NCBI GenBank assembly: GCA_041690135.1
Contig: JAWLHY010000009.1
Location: 32,001 to 96,000 of the forward strand
Source: Armatimonadota bacterium
GTDB taxonomy: Bacteria; Armatimonadota; SYMT01
Direction: 5' to 3'
Length of the DNA: 64,000 bases
Program-made: the position numbers and the translations under genes
Notes under the pieces: generated by a model
Seen by the model: the letters and a program-made list of their open reading frames with translations, nothing else
Database searches by the model: none
What the model was told of the DNA's origin: nothing
Shown: in pieces, positions 56,312 to 64,000 of the stretch
Layout: the number at the start of each line of letters is the position of its first letter
Position numbering within the stretch: position 1 is the stretch's first letter

Positions 56312-59300
56312 ATGTGCCGACCTCCGTTCTGGGCTGTATTCCTGATCCTGCTGGGCTCCGTATTGACACACGCCACGGCCGCGCCCCGGCCCCAGGGGCA
56401 GCGGGTCATTACGGTGCAGAACGCCCAGGACGACTTCCAGCGGCCCCCCAGCGGCTCGCTGCGGGACGTCATCGAGCGGCGCGCCCTGGCGGGAGACGTC
56501 ATCCGCTTTGCCGGTCCGTTCGTGGTGCAGCTCAAGGACACACTGATCATTCCGGAGCGGCTGGCCGGGATCCGGATCGAGGGGCCCGCCGGTCTAGCGG
56601 GGCCCAACCGCCGCGGGACCGTCCTGGAGGTCCGGGCGCCGAACGTCACCCTCACCGAGCTCACTTTCCAGCGGGTTCTGCTGGTGGTGGGCACGCGCCA
56701 GGCGGGTGCGGACGGGGTTCGCATCCAGAACAACCGCTTTCAGGACGACAGCCCCCTCGATTTGCAGGGGAACGGCATTCGGGTGGAAGGGAATGAGATC
56801 TCCAACATCCGCCGCCGCGCCACGCCCGCCATCCGTCTGGATCAGACTCGCGATGCCGTCGTGCGAGGAAACACAGTTTCCGGCCAGGTGGCCACTGCTC
56901 TCAGCGATCTCAACGGCGTCAACGTTACCGTCGAAAACAACACCTTTAACGGGGCCATTACGGGCGACTTTCGGACCGGGCTGATCCGGAAGAACCAGCT
57001 TGCCGAACACCCCCTCACCCTTTTCAAGCTGGATGTGGACGGCGGCATTCCCCACGGTCGTGTGTTCGTGGACCAGAACACCGTGCAGCGGATTACCGCG
57101 CAGCGGGGGAACGCGGAGATTACGGGTAATATGGTCAGTTTGCCTGCGGGCGGGCGAGGGACCGCGGGCATCCGGCTCATCACCGAACAGCGACCCCTGG
57201 GGGCGGGGCCGTGCCTCATCTCTGGGAACACGGTGCAGGGCGGTTTCACCGGGATCAGCGTGGCCCAGCAGCCGGGTGCGGACCCGGTGGTCGTCCGCGA
57301 GAACCGGGTCGAGAACTCCAGCGTCACAGGGCTCTCCGTGACCGGCGCCGCGGTCCAGGTGGTGGACAATACCGTCGAGAATGCCGGCGGCGGGGCCCGG
57401 ACCGGCAGCGGGATCAAGATCAGCGCGTCGGGCAGTGAATTGCACGTCCAGGCGAATACCGTCCGGAACTCCCGGCGGGGCATCCTGGTGCAAGTGAGAA
57501 CGGCCAAGCACCGGGTGGCCTTGCAGGGGAACGAGATCACGGATAGCCCTCTGCGCGGGATCGAGATCCAGAAGGGGGCCGGGAAGGTCAACCTGGAGGC
57601 GAACGCCGTCCGCGGTTGCTACTTCGGGATCAGCTTTTTCGGGGGGCGTGGCGAGGTGGTCGGCGGCGAGGTGACCGGAAGCCAGGGCGCGGGGATCTTC
57701 GTCGGTCCCGGGTGCCGGGTCCGGATCTCCCGCGTGGTGCTGGGCGGCAACGGCGGCGCGGGGATCGACCTGGCGCCGGATGGCGTGACGCCCAACGAGC
57801 GGCGCAAGGCCGGCAACGACGACCTGGACTGGCCCGAGGACCTGGAGTTTGATGGGAGCCTCGGGCAGCTCACGGGCCGAACGATCCCCGGAGGCCTGGT
57901 GGAGGTGTACGGCGTGGAGACCGGCGACCGGACCGGCAACCCGGCCAACGGGGAGGGCGTGCAGTACCTCGGGTCCGTGACTGCCGACGCGCAGGGCCGC
58001 TTCGCGTGGCCGGAAGCGGGCGGTGCCCCATGCCCGCCCTCGGAGAAGTTCACGCTCACGGTGACCCGTCCCGGCGGCGATCCCGTCACTTCCGAGTTCT
58101 CGCCAGACGTGGAGTGCGAGCGGACCGGGACCACGGAACGGGTCAGCGTCAGCTCCGGCGGCTCCCAGACGGTGACCGGTTCCAGCAGCCTGGGCCTGGT
58201 GGGCGCGCCGCACCGGATGGTGACCCCGGACGGCCGGTTCGTCGTCTTTGCCTCCGACTCGCCCGATCTGGTGCCGGGAGATACCAACGAGGCCGCCGAC
58301 ATCTTCGTGCGGGACCGCCTCAACGGCACGACGGAGCGAGTCAGCGTTTCCAGTTCGGGAGAGGAGGCGCGACTCGTGGGGGAGGTGGGCAACCTGGGCT
58401 CGTACGAGGCCGCCATCAGCGCGGACGGGCGGTGGGTCGTATTCGCCTCCACGGCGAACAACCTGGTCGCGGGCGACATCAACCGCAGCGGCGACGTTTT
58501 CCTGCGGGACCGGGAAAACGGGGTCACCATCGCCGTAACGGACCCCACGGAGCAGGTGCCGCCGCTTCCCAACGGCTCCGACAATCACCTGGGCGGATAC
58601 TACTGCACCCTCAGCGGCGATGGGCGCTTCGTGGCGTTCGTTTCGCAAGACCCGTACTGGGTTCCCAACGACACCAACAACGCGGACGACGTCTTCGTCT
58701 ACAGCGTGGAGACCGGCGCCATCGAGCGGGTCTCCATCGCCACGGGCGGCGGCCAGGGCTCCGGTGGGGTGGCGGGCGGCGGTTTCTGGCCCCGGTTGAG
58801 CCACGATGGCCGGTTCGTAGTGTTCGGCTCCGCGCTTGGCGATCTCACGCCGGATGTCCTTACCCGTCGCGGTCAGGTCTACCTGCGGGACCGCCTGAAC
58901 GGTACGACCGAGCTGATCAGCAAGTCCGACGCGGGCACGGCGGCCAACCGGCTCGCCACTGTGGCCACGCTCAGCGATGATGGCCGCTACGTCGCCTTCT
59001 CCAGCGAGGCCGGCAATCTGGTCCCGGGAGATACCGACAGCGTTTCGGACATCTTCGTGCGGGATCGGATGCTGGGGACCACCAGCCTCGTCTCCGTCGC
59101 CTCGGACGGTGGAAACTTCGCCGGGGGATGCTTCAGCCCCAGCCTCAGCGCCGATGGACTTTCCGTCGCGTTCCTGGGTCCGGGTGGCCACGTTTTCCCA
59201 GATGGGCCGACCATCCTCTTTCCGGATCTCTACCTCCGGGACCGGGTGACCGGCCGGACGGAGGAGATCTCCGTCGGCGCGTTCGGAGATGCGGACAATT

Positions 59301-59500
59301 CCTCCGGTTTCCCCTGCCTGACGGGGGACGGTCGCTACGTGGTATTCCAGTCGCTGGCCACTAACCTCGTGGAAGGCGACACCAACGGCGCCGCCGATGT
59401 CTTCTTCCGCGATCGCGGCGCAGCCGGCATCGACCGCAGCCAGCCTTCTCGCTTCAGGTCCAGGCGCTTCCGGCTACGATCGTCATCGGCATTCCCGTAG
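56312..59500 (+). CDS. Secreted right-handed beta-helix plus TolB-like beta-propeller protein
   Basis: Signal peptide, GSLRDVI, many xxGNxI beta-helix turns, GIDL..DGVTPN, then about 6 DGRFVVF.S...LVPGDTN..DIFVRDR repeats. Confidence 0.82.
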   Translation: MCRPPFWAVFLILLGSVLTHATAAPRPQGQRVITVQNAQDDFQRPPSGSLRDVIERRALAGDVIRFAGPFVVQLKDTLIIPERLAGIRIEGPAGLAGPNRRGTVLEVRAPNVTLTELTFQRVLLVVGTRQAGADGVRIQNNRFQDDSPLDLQGNGIRVEGNEISNIRRRATPAIRLDQTRDAVVRGNTVSGQVATALSDLNGVNVTVENNTFNGAITGDFRTGLIRKNQLAEHPLTLFKLDVDGGIPHGRVFVDQNTVQRITAQRGNAEITGNMVSLPAGGRGTAGIRLITEQRPLGAGPCLISGNTVQGGFTGISVAQQPGADPVVVRENRVENSSVTGLSVTGAAVQVVDNTVENAGGGARTGSGIKISASGSELHVQANTVRNSRRGILVQVRTAKHRVALQGNEITDSPLRGIEIQKGAGKVNLEANAVRGCYFGISFFGGRGEVVGGEVTGSQGAGIFVGPGCRVRISRVVLGGNGGAGIDLAPDGVTPNERRKAGNDDLDWPEDLEFDGSLGQLTGRTIPGGLVEVYGVETGDRTGNPANGEGVQYLGSVTADAQGRFAWPEAGGAPCPPSEKFTLTVTRPGGDPVTSEFSPDVECERTGTTERVSVSSGGSQTVTGSSSLGLVGAPHRMVTPDGRFVVFASDSPDLVPGDTNEAADIFVRDRLNGTTERVSVSSSGEEARLVGEVGNLGSYEAAISADGRWVVFASTANNLVAGDINRSGDVFLRDRENGVTIAVTDPTEQVPPLPNGSDNHLGGYYCTLSGDGRFVAFVSQDPYWVPNDTNNADDVFVYSVETGAIERVSIATGGGQGSGGVAGGGFWPRLSHDGRFVVFGSALGDLTPDVLTRRGQVYLRDRLNGTTELISKSDAGTAANRLATVATLSDDGRYVAFSSEAGNLVPGDTDSVSDIFVRDRMLGTTSLVSVASDGGNFAGGCFSPSLSADGLSVAFLGPGGHVFPDGPTILFPDLYLRDRVTGRTEEISVGAFGDADNSSGFPCLTGDGRYVVFQSLATNLVEGDTNGAADVFFRDRGAAGIDRSQPSRFRSRRFRLRSSSAFP

Positions 59501-59672
59501 ACACCGCGCGACCGTTTGAGGAGGAGAATCCAGGGGAATGCCGGAAGTTGTCCGCGCGCGATTTTCCTTCGTGGGTCCGTTCTGCGCGCCCGACTCCGGA
59601 AGGTTTGAGAATGGTGGAGTTGCTCCGGGAAGAAGATCATTGCTGTAGACGGGTCTCCGGGGATGGGCGCCG

Positions 59673-61718
59673 ATGAGGGGTAAATCCCCGCAGAACCCGC
59701 GGAGAGCCTCCCCGCATGGCTCCGCCGGGAGTCAAGGCGGGCCGGTTTCTCCGGAAACGCCCGGCGCCCGGCACCCGCTCCTCTCCGACACGCGGCGGCA
59801 GCTGGAGGCGGTGTGCAACAACGCCACGGTGGCGTTGTTCATCATGGACGAGCGGCAGCAGTGCGTCTATATGAACCCGGCCGCGGAGAAGCTCACCGGC
59901 TACTCCCTGGCCGAGGTCCAGGGCCGGGCGCTGCACGACGTGGTCCACCACACCCATCCGGACGGCACCCCTTACCCGCTCTCCGAGTGCCCCATCGACC
60001 AGGCGTTCCCCCAGAACAACCAGGAGCAGGGCGAGGAGATCTTTGTCCACCGGGACGGTCACTTCTACCCGGTCGCCTTCACCGCCAGCCCCATCCGCGA
60101 CGAGACCGATCGCCCGATCGGCACCGTCATCGAAGTCCAGGACCTCACCGAGCGGAAGCGCGCCGAGAAGGAGCTGCGGGAGAGCGAGCGGCGGTTCCGC
60201 GCCCTGGCGGACAACATCCCGCAGTTGGCGTGGATGACGGACGAAACGGGCTGGATCTTCTGGTACAACCGCCGCTGGTTCGAGTACACCGGCACCACGC
60301 TGGAGCAGATGCAGGGCTGGGGCTGGCAAAAGGTCCACCACCCGGACCACGTGGAGCGGGTCACCGAGAAATTCCGGAGGCACATCGCTTCCGGCGAGGG
60401 CTGGGAAGACACCTTTCCGCTGCGGAGATACGACGGCGAGTACTGCTGGTTTCTCTCCCGGGCCGTCCCCATCCGGGACGAGAGCGGCCGGATCAGCCGC
60501 TGGTTCGGCACCAACACGGATATCACGGAGCAGCGGGAGACGGAGGAAGCGCTGCGGGACGCGGACCGCCGCAAGGATGAGTTCCTGGCGATGCTGGCCC
60601 ACGAGTTGCGGAACCCGCTCGTGCCGATCACGAACGCAGTAGCCATCCTGCGCGCCCGGGGGGGCCAGGACCCCTTCCTGGAGCGCCAGCGGGAGATCAT
60701 CCGGCGCCAGGCGGAGCATATGGCCCGGTTGGTCGCGGACCTGCTGGAAGTGTCCCGGATCAGCCGCGGCAAGTTCACGCTGCAGCGTCAGCCCGTGAAC
60801 CTGGTGGAAGCTCTGCGCGGCTGTGCCGGCGATTATCTGCCGAGTGCGGAGAGCGCCGGAGTCCGGCTGGAGGCGGACCTGCCCCAGGAGCCGCTGTGGG
60901 TTCACGGGGACGCGGTCCGGCTCTGCCAGGCCGTGACCAACCTTCTGAGCAACGCCTTGAAATTCACGCCGGCCGGGGGCCGCATCGAGATGACGCTGCA
61001 CCGCGCGCCGGCGAACGGACCGGATCGGCGGGATCGGGCGGTCATCACGGTCCGCGACTCCGGGCCGGGCATTCCGCCGGAGCTGCTCCCGGATATTTGG
61101 GAGCCCTTCACCCAGGGAGAACAGGGCCTGGACCGCAGCCGCGGCGGCCTCGGGCTCGGGCTCGCGCTCGTCAGGCGGATCGTGGAGGGGCACGGCGGCT
61201 CGGTGCGGGCCGCGAACGCCGGGACCGGAGGGGCGGAGTTGACCCTCACGCTGCCGTTGGTGGAGGCGGAAGAACCGACCTGGCCGCCCGACCCGGCGCC
61301 GCGCCGGGAGTCGTCCGGGGTGCGCGGCCGCATCCTGGTGATTGAGGACAGCTCTGATGCTGCGGAGACCCTCCGGGACCTTCTCAATCTGGAAGGCTAC
61401 GAAGTCCGCGTGGCTTTCGACGGCCTCTCCGGCGTGGAGGCGGCACAAAGCTGGAAGCCGGCGCTGGTGCTCTGCGACATCGGCCTGCCCGGGTTGAACG
61501 GCTACGAGGTGGCGGAGCGTCTGCGCCGGGATCCAGCCACCCGTGGCCTGGGTCTGGTCGCGGTCTCTGGCTATGCCCAGCCGGATCAGGTGGCGCGGGG
61601 CCGAGACGCCGGCTTCGATGACTACCTACCCAAGCCGGTCGATCCCGAGCACTTGCTGCGGCTGGCGGCAGCCTACATGGACAGACTGCACCCCGCACCC
61701 TTCCACTCCGGAAGTTGA
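59673..61718 (+). CDS. Hybrid sensor histidine kinase (2 PAS, HisKA, HATPase, REC)
   Basis: PAS/PAC twice, LAHELRNPL, NLLSNALKFT, DSGPGI, GLGLGL, LCDIGLP and KPVD. Confidence 0.95.
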   Translation: MRGKSPQNPRRASPHGSAGSQGGPVSPETPGARHPLLSDTRRQLEAVCNNATVALFIMDERQQCVYMNPAAEKLTGYSLAEVQGRALHDVVHHTHPDGTPYPLSECPIDQAFPQNNQEQGEEIFVHRDGHFYPVAFTASPIRDETDRPIGTVIEVQDLTERKRAEKELRESERRFRALADNIPQLAWMTDETGWIFWYNRRWFEYTGTTLEQMQGWGWQKVHHPDHVERVTEKFRRHIASGEGWEDTFPLRRYDGEYCWFLSRAVPIRDESGRISRWFGTNTDITEQRETEEALRDADRRKDEFLAMLAHELRNPLVPITNAVAILRARGGQDPFLERQREIIRRQAEHMARLVADLLEVSRISRGKFTLQRQPVNLVEALRGCAGDYLPSAESAGVRLEADLPQEPLWVHGDAVRLCQAVTNLLSNALKFTPAGGRIEMTLHRAPANGPDRRDRAVITVRDSGPGIPPELLPDIWEPFTQGEQGLDRSRGGLGLGLALVRRIVEGHGGSVRAANAGTGGAELTLTLPLVEAEEPTWPPDPAPRRESSGVRGRILVIEDSSDAAETLRDLLNLEGYEVRVAFDGLSGVEAAQSWKPALVLCDIGLPGLNGYEVAERLRRDPATRGLGLVAVSGYAQPDQVARGRDAGFDDYLPKPVDPEHLLRLAAAYMDRLHPAPFHSGS

Positions 61719-62025
61719 GGTCTGTGGGCCAAGTGATCCCGGCAGTAGAAACAGTACCCCGCGGGTGGTTGTCACGGGAAGCGCGCGGGCCTGCTTCTTT
61801 CACCGCCACGCCACTCTATCCGGCAACGGCGACGTGCGGTTGACTTTTTCACGTGTCCGGCCCGGAATTCGCCGCCATCGCGCCTCCGGAGGACCCGCGA
61901 CCTCCCGCCCATGCCGCATGTCTACCCGCAGGAGGCTCCCGAGTGGACCGTCCGGTGCTGCGAGGAGCACCGACGCCCACCGAAGCGCTGATTTCCCGGC
62001 TAATCCGACGCCATCTTCCAACATA

Positions 62026-62064
62026 AAGCGGGCGAGCCCGGAGGGTTTCCGAGCCCGCCCGCTT
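62026..62064 (-). terminator. Hairpin downstream of glf
   Basis: AAGCGGGCG...CGCCCGCTT stem followed by T-rich sequence on the minus strand. Confidence 0.55.
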
Positions 62065-62108
62065 CAATGCCGCCTTATCGGTGTCGTTCCGCATCGCGCA
62101 GGACGCGA

Positions 62109-63443
62109 CTAATCCTCTTCATCCTGCATGACCGCCGTCGAGCTCTGGCTGCGGCCATTGCTGCCGGCGGTCGCCGTGCGGCCGTTGGCGGAGAGGGATC
62201 CGGCCACACCATTGGCCACACCATTGCCGGATTTGCCGTTCGATCCCGAACTTGCCGCAACTGCGGCCCGCGTCGCCACGGCAGCCGCCGCCACGGCAGG
62301 CTGGACCGCTGCCTCTTTCGAGGCTGCCGGCAAGACGATCCGTTCCGGCTTCGCGCTCAGGCCCTTGTCGAACATCGCCAGCGCCTGGGCTACCACCTGG
62401 TCCATGTTGTAGTACTTGTAGGTCGCCAGGCGTCCCACAAAGTGGACGTTGGGGGTGGCGTCCGCCAGTTCCTTGTACTTCTGGTAAAGGGCGGTGCACT
62501 CCGGCTTGGGAATGGGATAATACGGGTCTCCCTCGGCGCGCGGGAACTCGTACACAACGCCCGTTTTCGGATGCTGCTGTCCGGTGAGCTGCTTGAACTC
62601 GGTCACCCGGGTGTAGTCGTGCTCGTTCGGGTAGTTGACCACCGCCACCGGCAGGGCCTGTTCCTGGTCCAGCGTTTCATGCTTGAACTCCAGGGAGCGG
62701 TAGGGCAGTTTGCCGAAGCAGTAATTGAAGTACTGGTCCACGGGCCCGGTGAAGATCATTTCCCGGTAGGGGATCATGCCCAGGATGTCCCGGTAGTCCG
62801 TGTTCAGCATGATCTTGATGTTCGGGTGCGAGAGCATCCGTTCGAACATCCGCGTGTAACCGTGCAGCGGCATCGCCTGGAACTGGTCCGCAAAGTACCG
62901 GTCGTCCGTGTTGGTGCGGGTGGGGATGCGGGCCGTCACCTGCGCATCCAGTTCGGAGGGGTCCAGGCTCCACTGCTTGCGAGTGTAACCGCGGAAGAAC
63001 TTCTCGTATAGCTCTCGTCCCACCTTGCTGACGACCACGTCCTCACTGGTGCGGCACACTTCGCGCGGCTCGGCTACCTGGTCGAAAAACGCCTGGCACT
63101 CTGCCTCGGTCTGCAGGTTCAGGTCGTAAAGCACGTTGACGGTGGTACGGTTGATGGGGATCGGCAGCAGCTTGCCGTCCACGGAAGCCAGCACGCGGTG
63201 CTCGTAGGGACGCCACTGGGTGAACTGCGACAGGTACTCGAACACCCGCTCGGAATTCGTGTGGAAGATGTGGGGTCCGTACTTGTGGATGAGGATCCCG
63301 TCGTCGTTGTAGCAGTCGTAGGCGTTGCCGCCGATGTGGTTGCGCTTATCGATGATCAGGACTCGCTTGCCGGCCTGACTGGCCAGTCGTTCCGCGAGAA
63401 CACTGCCAGCGAAGCCTGCTCCAACGATCAGGTAGTCAAACAT
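62109..63443 (-). CDS. glf: UDP-galactopyranose mutase
   Basis: IVGAGFAG, HIGGNAYD, HKYGPHIFHT, YTRKQW, DPYYP and GRLATYKYYNMDQ. Confidence 0.97.
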   Translation of the reverse strand: MFDYLIVGAGFAGSVLAERLASQAGKRVLIIDKRNHIGGNAYDCYNDDGILIHKYGPHIFHTNSERVFEYLSQFTQWRPYEHRVLASVDGKLLPIPINRTTVNVLYDLNLQTEAECQAFFDQVAEPREVCRTSEDVVVSKVGRELYEKFFRGYTRKQWSLDPSELDAQVTARIPTRTNTDDRYFADQFQAMPLHGYTRMFERMLSHPNIKIMLNTDYRDILGMIPYREMIFTGPVDQYFNYCFGKLPYRSLEFKHETLDQEQALPVAVVNYPNEHDYTRVTEFKQLTGQQHPKTGVVYEFPRAEGDPYYPIPKPECTALYQKYKELADATPNVHFVGRLATYKYYNMDQVVAQALAMFDKGLSAKPERIVLPAASKEAAVQPAVAAAAVATRAAVAASSGSNGKSGNGVANGVAGSLSANGRTATAGSNGRSQSSTAVMQDEED

Positions 63444-63769
63444 GGTACTTCAAAATGCCTTTCATTCGATCAGCGGCCGGACGGCGATCCAGGCGCTCGG
63501 CTGCTTGGCTCTGCCCAGGGCCATCACTGTCGGTTGCTGCCATTCGGCGAGACACTCTTCGGACTTGAAGGCGTCAAAAGGGGCGTCCGTGCCCGCACTC
63601 GCTCCCCCGGGGCACGGCTGAAGGAGGGCCGCAAGTAAGCTACCCGCGAAGGAACCTGTGTCAAACCCTCCACGTATGCCCATTAACGAATTAGCCCTCT
63701 CTTACCAATAAAGCCGCACCTCTCTCCCTGACCCCCCAAAGAAGCGATCTTGGGATCTTGGCTCCCCCT

Positions 63770-63896
63770 CTCGTGCTCGTGATCGTGATCGGACTCGAGC
63801 GGGCGAGATGCCCGCCCCACAGCACCAGCCTTCGCTTGCAATCGTAATCGCAATCAAGTGGGCGCTTCATCCTTCATCCTTCATCCCTCATCCTTC
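63770..63896. repeat. Cluster of hexamer/heptamer repeats and a REP-like palindrome
   Basis: (C/A)TCGTG x4, GCGGGCGAGATGCCCGC, AATCG(T/C) x3 and (T/C)TCATCC x4. Confidence 0.7.
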
Positions 63897-64000
63897 CGGA
63901 GGTGCTTGATTCACGCCCCGCCTGGGGACAAAAGGGATGCCGGAGATTCCGGTCGCCCACGAGCGAATGAAACGGAGGGAGTAGTGAATACCAACGAACC

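Noticed and set aside
56594-59191. Long antisense ORFs (865 aa here; also 24217-26799, 22006-24186, 59637-61448, 12454-13974)
   Set aside because: They are shadow ORFs opposite well-supported genes, expected in high-GC DNA, with no recognisable motifs.
63974-64000. Possible gene start (GGAGGG then GTG at 63984) running off the window
   Set aside because: Only five codons are visible; cannot be supported.
1-64000. tRNA, rRNA, tmRNA, SRP RNA, IS elements or prophage
   Set aside because: No cloverleaf/T-arm signatures, SRP loop motif, transposase, integrase or phage structural genes were recognised by eye.

Overview
High-GC bacterial chromosomal window. An Armatimonadota origin is inferred from three prepilin-type DUF1559/H-X9-DG genes, a TpiA insertion and the intergenic repeat style. 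It starts with the proximal dcw cluster (rsmH, ftsL-like, ftsI, murE, murF, partial mraY; no mraZ) and a ferredoxin. About 55 kb of mixed housekeeping and accessory genes follow: tpiA, a radical SAM/SPASM enzyme, several hydrolases, a LacI regulator, TolC, a TauE-ClpP-gluconolactonase operon, an MFS transporter, a Pol-beta nucleotidyltransferase, a hybrid histidine kinase and glf. The best candidate for an undescribed system is a tightly packed minus-strand operon at 44.4-51.4 kb: comF, an atypical lid-less Hsp70 and five divergent HEAT-repeat paralogs that all end in a triple LP(L/R)P motif with ~14-residue spacing. Other notable items are two rod-like candidate ncRNAs (53.9-54.1 kb and 6.4-6.5 kb), an internally deleted Thg1-like gene, a heptamer array translated inside the radical SAM gene, and two clear operator sites. 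No rRNA, tRNA, CRISPR array, transposase or integrase was recognised. All family calls come from motif recognition by eye; no database searches were run.
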